A stretch of 64,000 nucleotides of DNA, taken from a virus (taxonomy: Duplodnaviria > Heunggongvirae > Uroviricota > Caudoviricetes). The translations under genes and the position numbers were made by a program. The notes beneath the pieces are model-generated. The model had not been told where the DNA came from. It did no database searches and saw nothing but the letters and a program-made list of their open reading frames with translations. The stretch lies in the IMG/VR virus record IMGVR_UViG_2671180724_000008; one strand, given 5' to 3'. Each line of letters opens with the position of its first letter. Position 1 is the first letter of the stretch. Of this stretch, positions 19,061 through 29,477 are shown piece after piece.

Positions 19061-22000
19061 ATGAAGGCACTGATGGTTCGAACTGACTTCTCACTTGGGG
19101 AGTCGGCTTTAAAAGCGGAAAACGCGGTGAAGATTGCCAGAGAAGCTGGCTACACCGCTGTAATTTCAGCAGATAGCATGAATATTGCGAGTGTTATTCC
19201 ACTACAACGTGCCGCTGGTGACGACATGGCGGTTATTTGTGGTGTGAAACTAAATATCGTTGATGATCCCACATACGAGTACCGGGCTAAACTTGCTAAA
19301 GAGTCTAAGGGATGTATGGAATCATTAGAGCGAGGACGTAACTACTCGTTTACCGCTCTAATTAAAAATGAGCAAGGATATCGCGACATCTGCGAACTAA
19401 TGACGGTGGCCAACACACGAGAACAGTTCTACTTTGTACCGCGTCTCTCGCTCGAACAGTTGGTTTCTACATATGCCAAAGGCAACATCATCCTGCTCAC
19501 TTCCGACATCGGTAGCGTGTTCCAACGCAACGATTTTGCAAAAATCATAAGCACACTGATTACAGCGGGTGGAAAAGACAACTTCTATAGTGTGGTTTAT
19601 CCGCACCCTACCCCATTCTACGACCAGATTAACGTCCGGGCGATGAAAGTCGCCAGCGCATTGAAAATAGAGCCAGTGGCGTTCTATCCCGCTTATTACG
19701 AATCGATCGACGATGCAGACATTAAAGACATTGCGCACATGGTTACGAACAACATCAAAATCGACCAGCCGCATCGTCTGCGTATCCCCCACCAGCGAGA
19801 TAACGCCGTCAATGGTCGCCGCCATCTCCTTGAGGCTCTTAAAGCCTTCTCCGTTCGCATGGATGTGCCGGTAACAGCTGCAATGGCCTCAACAACGCAG
19901 GATACCATTATCGATGCCTGCACATGGCGCTGGCATGAATTGCCGCCAGCACTGCCAAAGATGGCAGACGACGAGCCTGCAACGCTTATGAAACTGGCTG
20001 TTGCAGGGCTGCGTAAACGTCTTACCACAAAAGAGTTTGGCTACACACCACCTGCTTCTGAGAACAGGGTTTATGTTGAGCGGCTAAAGTACGAAATGGA
20101 CACGCTGACTCGCCTGGGATTTTGTGGTTACTTCCTGATGGTACGCGATCTGATGAATCACAGCCGTGAAACTGGCATTCCTGTCGGGCCTGGTCGTGGT
20201 TCCTCCGCTGGATCTCTGGTGGCATGGTGCATAGGCATAACCAACGTCGACCCAATCCGTCACGGTCTTCTGTTTGAACGTTTCATCAACCCTGAGCGTC
20301 TCGACTTGCCGGATGCGGATTTGGACTTCAGCCAGGCACGTCGCCATGAAGTGATCGAGTATTTGAATGAACGCTACGGCGAAGATTACGTTGCGGGTAT
20401 TCCGAACTTCACATATCTGGGCGCAGCCTCTGCACTACGTGACACCGCTCGTATTTATGGTGTGGAGTCCGCAGATATGGCGGTATCAAAAGAACTGAAG
20501 AACGTCGAGGATGATAGCCTTCCATTGGAAGAACTGCGCGAACAACTGGCAAGTCTCGACAAATACGCAACAAAATATCCTGATGCATTCAATGCAGCCT
20601 GCAAGTTACAAAGCCTTATGCGTGGCTTTGGTAGACATGCGGCAGGGATGATCGTAGCAGGTGTTCCTCTGACAGAACGTACACCGGTTGAGCGCCGTGG
20701 TGACGCGCGTTGTATCGCATTTGACAAGCGTTACTGCGAGGCTATGGGCCTAATTAAGCTGGACGTGCTTGGCCTGGCAACTCTCGATTTGCTCGATAGT
20801 GCAAAACGCTACATAAAAGAGAACACAGGTGAAGATATCAATCTTGATGCCATTTCTCTTGAGGATCGCAAGGTGCTGGATGGTTTTGCTGCTGGGTACA
20901 CTCAAGGTGTTTTCCAGCTTGAATCAGGCCCAATGCGCAAGCTGCTTAAAGATTTAGGTGGTGGAATTGAGCCAATGAGCTTTAAAACGGTTGTTGCTAC
21001 GACTGCGCTCTTCCGGCCGGGGCCAATTCAGTCAGGCATGTTGGATGATTATGTTTCTGTCGCCAAAGGCTTTATGACGCCGGAATCATTACACCCCGTT
21101 CTTGATGAACTTACCGCAGAAACAAATGGCGTGATTCTCTATCAGGAACAGACGATGAACGCGACTCGATTGCTTGCTGGCTTCACAATGGCTGAAGCTG
21201 ACGGTGTTCGTAAAGCGATCGGCAAAAAAGACATGGAAAAAATGAAGAGCATGGGCGAGAAGTTCATCGTTCAGGCTCAAGCTGGCTGGATAGACGTTGA
21301 GCTGGAAGATGGCACTACACAGCGCATTCACCGTGCGGAACATTTTAAATGCGAAGACGGAACTCTGAAAACTGTCGAAGAGGCACTTGAGTACGGCGCA
21401 AAACTACCTATAAACGCAGTACGCGTTACAGCGTCACATCCAGGGCTATCAGAGATGAAAGCGAAGGAGATCTGGACCGCATTCGAAAAGAATGGTGCCT
21501 ACCAGTTCAACAAATCACACTCTGTTGCTTACTCCTTAATCAGTTATCAATCTATGTGGTTGAAAACTCATTATCCCGCAGAGTTTTTCGCTGCTGCTCT
21601 CACTATTCTTGGCGAAGATAAACACCAGGGGCTGGTTAAAGATGCGCTGACCTATGGTATTCGCGTATTGCCACCAGACGTTAACGTGTCATCTAACCGA
21701 ATCGAGATCCGCACGCTTGAAGATGGCAGCCAGGTGCTGTATGCGCCCTTCTCTGCTGTGAAAGGTTGTTCTGAGAATGGCTGCCAGGCCATCATGAGAG
21801 CGCGAGAAAAAGTTGGCGGCAAATTCGAGTCACTGGCGCAATTCGAAGAAGCTGTCGAGAAACGTGCCTGTAATAGTCGAGTGCGCGAATCACTGCAAAA
21901 AGTAGGGGCGTTTGCATCCATCGAGCCAGGTAGTCTGCCAGCAACTGATCCAGAGCGTCTCCGCGACCAAGCTGAATTGATGGGAAACCTTGTCATAGAC

Positions 22001-22579
22001 GCAGTTAAAGCCTCACGTCCGTTTGAGATGAACCCCAAACGTTCGGCTGAGATTAACGTGCTCATGACACGGATGGCGGCTGAAATGGGATTAGGTGATG
22101 AACTAATCCGCCCTAGCATTGGCATTAAGCCGAAAATCATGATCATTCTGGACAATGCAAACGGCAATGATGCTCGAACCGGTTACTTTATGGAGAACGG
22201 ATACGACGATTTTAAGGCCAAGCTGTTGACGGCTGGGGATTTGCGCATGGGCGATCTCTATGTCACAGGCGTTTGCAAAAAGGTGAAAGACAAAGAAAAG
22301 GACTACACCAAAGACGAGATCGGCCAGTTCACCGACTTTATGCGTGAAGAGATCAATCTGGTGCGCCCGACCTATGTGCTGACGTGTGGCAGCCGGGCAA
22401 CGGCATTGTTTAACAACAAAAACAAGCCATCCGATTTGGTCGGCAGGAAGGAGTACCTTCCAGACCTTGACGTTACTGTCTTTTACGGGTTTAACCCCAA
22501 CATTCTTTACTTCAGACCTGAAGAGGGAGAACGACTAGAAGCGATATTAGCCGACGTAGCAGAAACCATTAAGACGTGA
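19061..22579 (+). CDS. dnaE: DNA polymerase III alpha subunit (DnaE-like replicative polymerase)
   Basis: 1172 aa; core motifs GPGRGSSAGSLVAWCIGIT and NPERLDLPDADLDF typical of DnaE. Confidence 0.9.
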   Translation: MKALMVRTDFSLGESALKAENAVKIAREAGYTAVISADSMNIASVIPLQRAAGDDMAVICGVKLNIVDDPTYEYRAKLAKESKGCMESLERGRNYSFTALIKNEQGYRDICELMTVANTREQFYFVPRLSLEQLVSTYAKGNIILLTSDIGSVFQRNDFAKIISTLITAGGKDNFYSVVYPHPTPFYDQINVRAMKVASALKIEPVAFYPAYYESIDDADIKDIAHMVTNNIKIDQPHRLRIPHQRDNAVNGRRHLLEALKAFSVRMDVPVTAAMASTTQDTIIDACTWRWHELPPALPKMADDEPATLMKLAVAGLRKRLTTKEFGYTPPASENRVYVERLKYEMDTLTRLGFCGYFLMVRDLMNHSRETGIPVGPGRGSSAGSLVAWCIGITNVDPIRHGLLFERFINPERLDLPDADLDFSQARRHEVIEYLNERYGEDYVAGIPNFTYLGAASALRDTARIYGVESADMAVSKELKNVEDDSLPLEELREQLASLDKYATKYPDAFNAACKLQSLMRGFGRHAAGMIVAGVPLTERTPVERRGDARCIAFDKRYCEAMGLIKLDVLGLATLDLLDSAKRYIKENTGEDINLDAISLEDRKVLDGFAAGYTQGVFQLESGPMRKLLKDLGGGIEPMSFKTVVATTALFRPGPIQSGMLDDYVSVAKGFMTPESLHPVLDELTAETNGVILYQEQTMNATRLLAGFTMAEADGVRKAIGKKDMEKMKSMGEKFIVQAQAGWIDVELEDGTTQRIHRAEHFKCEDGTLKTVEEALEYGAKLPINAVRVTASHPGLSEMKAKEIWTAFEKNGAYQFNKSHSVAYSLISYQSMWLKTHYPAEFFAAALTILGEDKHQGLVKDALTYGIRVLPPDVNVSSNRIEIRTLEDGSQVLYAPFSAVKGCSENGCQAIMRAREKVGGKFESLAQFEEAVEKRACNSRVRESLQKVGAFASIEPGSLPATDPERLRDQAELMGNLVIDAVKASRPFEMNPKRSAEINVLMTRMAAEMGLGDELIRPSIGIKPKIMIILDNANGNDARTGYFMENGYDDFKAKLLTAGDLRMGDLYVTGVCKKVKDKEKDYTKDEIGQFTDFMREEINLVRPTYVLTCGSRATALFNNKNKPSDLVGRKEYLPDLDVTVFYGFNPNILYFRPEEGERLEAILADVAETIKT

Positions 22580-22586
22580 TCCCATA

Positions 22587-22612
22587 AACATGGCCTCTAT
22601 GGCCATGTTTTC
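22587..22612 (+). terminator. Rho-independent terminator (AACATGGCC-tcta-TGGCCATGTT then T-rich)
   Basis: Hairpin after dnaE stop. Confidence 0.6.
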
Positions 22613-22704
22613 CCTTATCCCCTCATATCCCCTATCCTCGAACTCCTTGCCTTATCATCACAATGATATAATCAATATAAAATGATAAGTAAAAAGGAAA
22701 GCAC

Positions 22705-23136
22705 ATGATCACCGATATTTACGAGAAAATAATGTCTGATCTCGAGTTTGACCGAGACAATCTGGAGGAAGTCTGGCGTAGACAACCCCGCCTTTTAATG
22801 GAGTATGGCTCAAAACTCGCTCATGCAGAAAGAAGTGTCGCAGAGGCAAAACTTAACCTTGAAGCTGTTGAAGCAAAGCTATACGACACAGAGCGTAAGA
22901 ACTTGAGTATGAACGGCATTAAGTTCAACGAGTCTGTACTGGACGCTAAGGTTAAAACAAACCCACAGTATCTGTCTAAACGGCAGAAGTTGGATGAAGC
23001 ACGGCACATCGCAGACATATACAAACATGCTGTCGCCGCCTTTTCGCATCGCCGAGACATGATCGTTCAGGCGTCGAAGATGGCCATCGTTGAGTTAGAT
23101 CGATTAGGCTCTGAACGCTTTATTACTCCCCGTTGA
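22705..23136 (+). CDS. Hypothetical coiled-coil protein
   Basis: 143-aa ORF with conserved AAAGGAAAGCACATG context. Confidence 0.5.
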   Translation: MITDIYEKIMSDLEFDRDNLEEVWRRQPRLLMEYGSKLAHAERSVAEAKLNLEAVEAKLYDTERKNLSMNGIKFNESVLDAKVKTNPQYLSKRQKLDEARHIADIYKHAVAAFSHRRDMIVQASKMAIVELDRLGSERFITPR

Positions 23137-23253
23137 TTTTTGATAGATAATAAGTAAGTACTGATCTATCATTTAACAGCTCGAAAGAGCCACGAATGAA
23201 CGAAAGCCCAACGCGCATAGCGCCATCGGCCAAATCACAACAAGGAGAAACAC

Positions 23254-24276
23254 ATGTCTAAGACATTACTTGATTTGCTTAACAAAACTCGTGAAGACAT
23301 TGCCGCCAAACGTGGCAAAAACACTGATTTGACCCGCTTAAAAGACGGCATCAACTATATCCGCATCTTCCCTAATAAAGACGACCCGAATGGTAAGTTC
23401 TTCCAGACTTTTGGTATGCACTACATTAAGTATCAGAACGAGGAAGGTAAAGAAGCAACCAATGCTTATATTTGTGAGCAACATACTCACGGTCGCGCTT
23501 GTCAGCTATGCGAAATGGTGATGGAAGGTCGCGCTCGTCACAAGGGTAACAAAGCAATGGAAGAGCGCATCGGTCAAATGCGTGCAACCCCTCGCTACCT
23601 GGTAAACGGCATTCTTTCAACTCGTGAGGATTTCTCCGATGCAGAGAAATGTCAGTTAATCGAACTGCCTTCCACTGTGTTCGATGATATCTGCAAAGCA
23701 ATCACCGAAGACATCGCTGACGATATCGGCAATCCATTAAGCAAAGAGGAAGGTTACGCATTTCAAATTAAGCGCACAGGCTCTGGTCGCGATACAGAAT
23801 ATGACGTTTCACCAAAACGTAAAGTCTTCAAAGGTGATATCGAAGATAAATTCTGGAACAACCAACATGACCTGATTGCTTATGTGAATCAGGCCGATGA
23901 AACTCGCCTTCTTGCGACAGTTCGCACTATGGGTCGTCTGATTGGCATCGCTGCACCAACTGCCACTGCATCGGCACCAGCAATTTCCTCAACAGCGAAA
24001 ACATCGGCCTCTGCACTGCCTGGATTTGGCTCGATCACTGGTCATACGGAAGGAGCGACGGCTGTAGCAACCGCCCACACTCCAGCTTCTGAACCAACCA
24101 GTCTGGTTGATGAAGAAGTCCTGCGAGCAATGGAATCTGAATTTAAATCAGAAACAAGTTCTGCTGCCACATCAGCCAAAGAGTCTGAAGCAGACGCAAC
24201 GACATCTGTAGCAGCCGCATCTGCGGCGGAAGATGAAGGTATTGATGACCTGCTGAAAGAACTGGAGTCTCTGTAA
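23254..24276 (+). CDS. Putative single-stranded DNA-binding protein (gp32-like)
   Basis: Cys/His cluster CEQHTHGRACQLCE and acidic Ala/Ser-rich C-terminal tail; position between polymerase and recombination genes. Confidence 0.4.
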   Translation: MSKTLLDLLNKTREDIAAKRGKNTDLTRLKDGINYIRIFPNKDDPNGKFFQTFGMHYIKYQNEEGKEATNAYICEQHTHGRACQLCEMVMEGRARHKGNKAMEERIGQMRATPRYLVNGILSTREDFSDAEKCQLIELPSTVFDDICKAITEDIADDIGNPLSKEEGYAFQIKRTGSGRDTEYDVSPKRKVFKGDIEDKFWNNQHDLIAYVNQADETRLLATVRTMGRLIGIAAPTATASAPAISSTAKTSASALPGFGSITGHTEGATAVATAHTPASEPTSLVDEEVLRAMESEFKSETSSAATSAKESEADATTSVAAASAAEDEGIDDLLKELESL

Positions 24277-24292
24277 TCCCATTACGTGACCA

Positions 24293-24321
24293 GTAAGGCG
24301 TCTACGGACGCCTTACTTTTT
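24293..24321 (+). terminator. Rho-independent terminator (AAGGCGTC-tacg-GACGCCTT then TTTTT); member of AGGCGTCC hairpin family
   Basis: Hairpin plus T-run; lies inside the 5' end of track ORF 24286. Confidence 0.7.
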
Positions 24322-24336
24322 GGAAGGAATGTACCG

Positions 24337-25281
24337 GTGAATTATCTCTTCGTAGATGGCAATAGCCTGGGTTATTACCACCAACAATCTGACAAATTGC
24401 ACAACGGCGAAATGGAAGTACAGGCTGCTTTCGGCTTTGTTAAGAACGTCCGTCGTTATGCCTCCATCCTCCATGCCCGACCTATGATTCTTTGGGATGG
24501 ATTTAGTGACAAGCGTCGCGACTTTTACCCGGACTACAAAGCAAATCGCGACGACGATCCTGATATGAAAAAGATGAAGGAAGGCTTTGCTGTCCAGAAG
24601 CCATACATCCTCAAAATGATGACCGCGCTTGGTGTTAACCAAATCATTGCAAAAGATGCAGAAGCGGATGATCTGGCCGGGCTGCTGGTATCCCGCATGG
24701 CACCGCAGCCAACCGTTGAACACATCTATCTGTTAACAGGCGATAGCGACTGGCTTCAGTTAGTTCGCGAAAACGTAAGCTGGGTAAGCCTGCGTGAAGA
24801 CGCCAAAAACAAGCAGGTTAATTTTGAGCAATTTGCGGAGCTGACAGGATTCGCCACGCCTCGCGCATTTTTGGAAGCAAAAGCATTACAAGGCGATAAC
24901 TCGGACAACATTAGCGGTGTTGGTGGCATTGGTGCTGGCGGCGCGAAAGAGCTGCTGCATGAATGGGGAAGTGTCGCAACGATGGTACGCGGCATCAACG
25001 ACGGCTCAATCGTGGTTAATAAAGGGCGTCATAAGACCGCCTTCAACAAACTAGCGAAGAATGCCTTCAACGAGAAAACAGGCTGTCGAATGCTCGAAGC
25101 GTTCAAGAGAAACATCACGCTAATGAACCTGATTGAGACGAAGTTTCCGCCTACCGAAATCGAAACAATCAAAGGCAATCGTGACGTGAAAGCATTCGAG
25201 CAACTGTGCTACGAGCTGAATTTCCGTTCGTTCCTTGAAGACCTTGAAGTGTTTGTTCTTCCATTCGAAAGGTATTGCTAA
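24337..25281 (+). CDS. 5'-3' exonuclease / flap endonuclease (FEN family)
   Basis: H3TH-type motif GDNSDNISGVGGIG; start reassigned to in-frame GTG at 24337 after the terminator with GGAAGG RBS. Confidence 0.8.
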   Translation: MNYLFVDGNSLGYYHQQSDKLHNGEMEVQAAFGFVKNVRRYASILHARPMILWDGFSDKRRDFYPDYKANRDDDPDMKKMKEGFAVQKPYILKMMTALGVNQIIAKDAEADDLAGLLVSRMAPQPTVEHIYLLTGDSDWLQLVRENVSWVSLREDAKNKQVNFEQFAELTGFATPRAFLEAKALQGDNSDNISGVGGIGAGGAKELLHEWGSVATMVRGINDGSIVVNKGRHKTAFNKLAKNAFNEKTGCRMLEAFKRNITLMNLIETKFPPTEIETIKGNRDVKAFEQLCYELNFRSFLEDLEVFVLPFERYC

Positions 25282-25547
25282 TGCTTAAATCGATTATTAA
25301 TGGCGCTACCACCACCCCTACCCAACTGGCAAAAGAGATTGTCTTTTATCACGGTGAGTACGCTGTCATCGCACTGCCGTCAATTCTAGGCGCTGCCGGA
25401 ATGAAAGCGACAGATCGCGAGTTTGGATTAGTCAGCGAGCAGGTCGTAAAAATCCTCGCTCGTGTATCCAAACACCTTAACCACGATGCGATTGTATTCG
25501 ACGAATCCGCCGCTTTAAAACGAATCAACAAAACAAAAGGAGCCTGA
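25275..25547 (+). CDS. Hypothetical protein
   Basis: 90-aa ORF coupled to flanking genes. Confidence 0.4.
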   Translation: MLMLKSIINGATTTPTQLAKEIVFYHGEYAVIALPSILGAAGMKATDREFGLVSEQVVKILARVSKHLNHDAIVFDESAALKRINKTKGA

Positions 25548-25549
25548 TC

Positions 25550-26623
25550 ATGGCAAAAGGAAAATCCGCACTGGCACTTGCTCTGAAAAAGAAAATCGGT
25601 AGCAACGACGAAATTCAGAAAGTAACCCATTGGATTGACACAGGCTTTCCTCCGTTAAACAAAGCTATTTCAGGTCGTTACGATGGCGGTTTCCCATGTG
25701 GTCGTATCGTAGAAGTATTCGGGCCGCCAAGCGCGGGGAAAACCTTTTTGGCAACAGCAGCAATGATCTCCGCTCAGAAACAAGATGGTCTGGCGGTATT
25801 CCTCGATCATGAGAACAGTTTTGACGTTGGCCTGGCGGTAGCCAATGGCCTGAATGCAGATGAGGATGACGGCCAGTGGGTATACAAGCAGCCTGATACC
25901 TTCGAAGACTCTGTAGAGTTGATCGGCACAATACTTAAATTGGTACGTGATGAAGAGCTTATCCCTGAATCAGCACCTATCTGTATCGTGGCTGACTCAC
26001 TTGCGTCTATGGTTCCGAACTCCAAAGCCGAGAAGTTCGAAAAGATGGCTGAAGGCACTGCCAAAGACAAAGATCAGCTAAACATGAACGACAATACGGC
26101 GCTTGCTCGTGCGACGAGCGCGAACTTCCCCACTCTGGCTTTGTGGGCACGCAAATATAACGCCTGCATCATCTTCTTGAATCAGGTTCGCACAAAAATC
26201 GGTGTAATGTTTGGCGACCCTACGACGTCACCAGGCGGCGATTCACCGAAGTTTTACGCTTCTGTGCGCATCCGTCTCGGTGCATCGGTGATGAAGGATG
26301 GTAAAGAGAAGATCGGTCAGGACGTAGGCGCAGAGTGCATCAAAAACAAAGTTGCACCACCGTATGGCAAATGCACCTGGAAATTCTACTTCGATCCTAC
26401 TCGTGGCCTCGACGTTATCGAGTCGCTCGTCGAGTACATGCTGGAAGAAGGATACCTGCCAAAGAACGCCAGCGGGCGCGTAGAAATTGGTGACAAGAAA
26501 TACACCAAATCACAGATCGTCGAGATGTATCGGGAGAAGCCACTAGCTGAAATCATTGCGGCTTTACAGGCAATCGACGACCGGAGATCAAAAGACAATC
26601 CCACCGAGTCAGTAGAAGAGTAA
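25550..26623 (+). CDS. RecA/UvsX-family recombinase
   Basis: GRIVEVFGPPSAGKTFLA closely resembles the RecA Walker A region. Confidence 0.85.
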   Translation: MAKGKSALALALKKKIGSNDEIQKVTHWIDTGFPPLNKAISGRYDGGFPCGRIVEVFGPPSAGKTFLATAAMISAQKQDGLAVFLDHENSFDVGLAVANGLNADEDDGQWVYKQPDTFEDSVELIGTILKLVRDEELIPESAPICIVADSLASMVPNSKAEKFEKMAEGTAKDKDQLNMNDNTALARATSANFPTLALWARKYNACIIFLNQVRTKIGVMFGDPTTSPGGDSPKFYASVRIRLGASVMKDGKEKIGQDVGAECIKNKVAPPYGKCTWKFYFDPTRGLDVIESLVEYMLEEGYLPKNASGRVEIGDKKYTKSQIVEMYREKPLAEIIAALQAIDDRRSKDNPTESVEE

Positions 26624-26628
26624 ACACA

Positions 26629-26652
26629 AGGCGTCCACAGGACGCCTTTTTT
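26629..26652 (+). terminator. Rho-independent terminator (AGGCGTCC-acag-GACGCC then TTTTTT)
   Basis: Hairpin plus T-run. Confidence 0.75.
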
Positions 26653-26665
26653 ATCTCTTGAAAAT

Positions 26666-26686
26666 ATATAAGTACTTACTTATCAT
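26666..26686. promoter_or_regulatory. Copy of palindrome family ATAAGTACTTACTTATC
   Basis: Between terminator and next start. Confidence 0.4.
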
Positions 26687-26715
26687 TTTCACATAACAAC
26701 CACATAGGAAAACAC

Positions 26716-26916
26716 ATGATCAAAATCTATCTATTGGCAGTAGCCACAGGCCTTTCAGTGGCTCTCATCTACGGATTACTGGTTCCGTCGCTGATTTCTG
26801 CAAAGAGTGATTTGGCCGTCATGCTTGGAGTTCTCGTTGGTTTTGGTACTCCTGTAATCGGTCTTATTGCTGGTCGTAAGTTTATTAACTCATTAATCAA
26901 AGCAAAGGGGAAATAA
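26716..26916 (+). CDS. Small two-TM membrane protein (possible NfeD-like partner of the SPFH protein)
   Basis: 66 aa, two hydrophobic helices; stop 4 bp before SPFH gene. Confidence 0.5.
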   Translation: MIKIYLLAVATGLSVALIYGLLVPSLISAKSDLAVMLGVLVGFGTPVIGLIAGRKFINSLIKAKGK

Positions 26917-26919
26917 GTA

Positions 26920-27750
26920 ATGAAGAAACGTTTACCTGTAATTGCTCTGGCGGCTATTTGCACAATGGGTATTATTGGCTATGACCGCGTAGAACCTGGA
27001 TTTGTTGGCATCAAAGTAAACAAAGTAGGTGAAGATAAAGGGATTGGTGAAGTTGTTGGTGTTGGCCACCAATGGGTAGGCATTAACACTGAACTTTATG
27101 TATTCCCGACCTTCAAACAAATGAAGATCTACGACGAGCCGTTCACATTCCAGATGAGTGACGGTACTGCTATCGGTCACAAAATTGGCGTTACGTATCT
27201 GGTTAATCGTGACAAGGTAACGACAGTGTTCCAGACCTATCGCAAAGGCGTAGACGATATCACCGAATCAGATCTGCGTCAGAAAATTGCCGACTCTCTA
27301 AACCGTTTGGCCAGCCGTATGACCACTGACTCATTTATCGACGGTGGTAAGGCACAATTGCTGGACAACGCACTGAAAGATATTCAGAAAGAGATGTCTC
27401 CGGTTGGTATTGAGGTACTGAGCCTGTCATGGGTTGGAAAACCTGATTACCCAAAAACCGTCATTGAATCCATCAACGCCAAAGTAACGGCTAACCAGCG
27501 TACTCTGCAACGTCAGCAGGAAGTCGAACAACGTAAAGCTGAGGCGAATATGCTGCGTGAACAGGCTAATGGTGAAGCTGATGCTATCCGTGCTCGTGCG
27601 CAAGCAGAAGCAGACGCCATTCGTCTGCGCGGTGAAGCTCTGCGTCAAAACCCGAACGTTATGGAACTGGAAGCCATCAATAAATGGAATGGCCAGTTAC
27701 CGCAGTACATGACTCAAGGGGCTAACACTCCTTTCATTACCGTGAAATAA
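26920..27750 (+). CDS. SPFH/band-7 (prohibitin-like) membrane protein
   Basis: N-terminal TM helix, SPFH core and C-terminal Ala/Glu-rich coiled coil. Confidence 0.75.
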   Translation: MKKRLPVIALAAICTMGIIGYDRVEPGFVGIKVNKVGEDKGIGEVVGVGHQWVGINTELYVFPTFKQMKIYDEPFTFQMSDGTAIGHKIGVTYLVNRDKVTTVFQTYRKGVDDITESDLRQKIADSLNRLASRMTTDSFIDGGKAQLLDNALKDIQKEMSPVGIEVLSLSWVGKPDYPKTVIESINAKVTANQRTLQRQQEVEQRKAEANMLREQANGEADAIRARAQAEADAIRLRGEALRQNPNVMELEAINKWNGQLPQYMTQGANTPFITVK

Positions 27751-27767
27751 CTCTCTTTGAGAAGTTC

Positions 27768-27791
27768 AGGCGTCCAGTTGGACGCCGTTTT
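27768..27791 (+). terminator. Rho-independent terminator (AGGCGTCC-agtt-GGACGCC then GTTTT)
   Basis: Hairpin plus T-run. Confidence 0.7.
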
Positions 27792-27845
27792 ATTCTCGTT
27801 ATTATCACATACAAGAAAACAATTTGTTAAAAGGTTAAGTTAATT

Positions 27846-28670
27846 ATGCCCAACCACATTACAAACGAAATCCGAGTCATAGGTGGCACAAATAAACAAC
27901 GCTTAGATTTCATACGTGCCATAACTAACAAAAAAGGTCTAATTGACTTTAATACCATTTGCAGACGTCCGAAAAGTATAGAAATGGAAGAAAACAATCA
28001 TATCAGGCGCATGGCCTCTGCAATGGCGGGCGAAACAGTTTACGACTACATGTTCGGTGAATTAAAGACTCCAGAACAGCTCGAATTAGCTATGCGTGAA
28101 TCAGGAATGACACGCAAGGAAATTCGCAAAATCAAAGAGCAGGCTCTTATGCGGCTTGAGAATTATCGTCGCTATGGCTATTACTCATGGTTTGACTGGT
28201 CGCGAGCTAATTGGGGAACAAAATGGAATGCCTACAACATCGAAATGCCCGTAAAACGTATCCCTACACGTATTAAGTACGGCCATAATTTCCGCCATAC
28301 ACACGTTCGAGCATATGCAAAACGAATCTATAAAAAACGTCTTGCAAGACATGCCGCAACTGGTGGTGAGTTGGTGATTCGCTTTGAAACAGCCTGGTCT
28401 ATGCCAAAACCAATTTATCAAGCGATGGCTAGAAAGTTCCCGCACCTTGAGTTTGTAATACGTTATGCAGACGAAGACTTCGGCAATAACTGCGGATTCA
28501 TTTTACTTCGCAACGGCAAATGGGAATATGACTACATTGCACCGGCGAATAACGAACAATCGTCAGAAGAAAAAATCAAATGGCGCAAGTTCGCCTTTGA
28601 GTTATGTTGTCCTGGTATCACTCCACAAGAATACGGTCTAAATGAAGAATACGAATACGCCGGATATTAA
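27846..28670 (+). CDS. Hypothetical protein
   Basis: 274-aa ORF preceded by the AGAAAACAATTTGTT motif. Confidence 0.5.
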   Translation: MPNHITNEIRVIGGTNKQRLDFIRAITNKKGLIDFNTICRRPKSIEMEENNHIRRMASAMAGETVYDYMFGELKTPEQLELAMRESGMTRKEIRKIKEQALMRLENYRRYGYYSWFDWSRANWGTKWNAYNIEMPVKRIPTRIKYGHNFRHTHVRAYAKRIYKKRLARHAATGGELVIRFETAWSMPKPIYQAMARKFPHLEFVIRYADEDFGNNCGFILLRNGKWEYDYIAPANNEQSSEEKIKWRKFAFELCCPGITPQEYGLNEEYEYAGY

Positions 28671-28716
28671 AAAAATTGTCATTTAGCTTTACGCATGAAG
28701 CATAGAGGTTAATAAG

Positions 28717-29457
28717 ATGAAAAGAAAAATTGAAGAACCAAAAACGACCCTTAATAAACATGGGGAAAAAATTCAAACACATCCAGCGTTCGGTCTTGTG
28801 AAAACAAGCCGTGTTAGCACAACTGGCATTCGCCTATTTGATTCAGAACTGGAACATAGAGACTATATTGAAATAGGCGTTTACGAGGCGGAACTGTCCT
28901 TAGACAATGAACGAACCCGGCCACAAAGAAGTAGCAATAGACGGCCTTTAGTTGAAATCAGACTTAGTCAGGCACAATGGGCTGCTATGGTTAGCAGTTT
29001 TGGTGTGGGCGAAGGTGTGCCATGCACTATTTCATATAAAACCATTGGCGACTCAATTAGAGTTCATGATATTGCCGAGCAAAAAAGTATTCGGCAAAAA
29101 TTCAACGATCAAATAAAGGCAGCTACGAATAGTGAGATTGATCGACTTAATCAGCAAGTTTCAGAGCTAGGTGAGCTTGTGAAAAAAGGAAGAGCTGGAA
29201 AACGTGACCTTGAAGAACTATATAGAAAACTTGCATCTGCTGTAGCTAACCTTCCTGAAAATCTGTGCTTTGCTACCGAATTAATGCAGGAGCAAATGGA
29301 TGAAATTGTCTCATCTGGAAAGGCGGAGATTGAGGCGTATGTTGCGGGCACGGTTATGCGTAAAGGGTTAGCAGCATTAGGCACAGAATCATGCATTAAC
29401 GATGATCCTACTGTCTCTATCACCAAAATGGAAAGCGGTAAAGAATTACTGCCATAA
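28717..29457 (+). CDS. Hypothetical protein
   Basis: 246-aa ORF. Confidence 0.5.
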   Translation: MKRKIEEPKTTLNKHGEKIQTHPAFGLVKTSRVSTTGIRLFDSELEHRDYIEIGVYEAELSLDNERTRPQRSSNRRPLVEIRLSQAQWAAMVSSFGVGEGVPCTISYKTIGDSIRVHDIAEQKSIRQKFNDQIKAATNSEIDRLNQQVSELGELVKKGRAGKRDLEELYRKLASAVANLPENLCFATELMQEQMDEIVSSGKAEIEAYVAGTVMRKGLAALGTESCINDDPTVSITKMESGKELLP

Positions 29458-29477
29458 ATGCATCTGAGGTACTGACA

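Noticed and set aside
19397-22167. Minus-strand ORFs inside dnaE (19397-19825, 19696-20028, 20022-20255, 20084-20347, 20455-20727, 21089-21343, 21652-22167)
   Set aside because: Antisense to a well-supported 1172-aa polymerase gene, with no motifs; typical spurious ORFs.
24286-24336. Track start of the flap endonuclease ORF at 24286
   Set aside because: The first 17 codons run through the terminator hairpin of the preceding gene; an in-frame GTG at 24337 with a GGAAGG RBS is more plausible.
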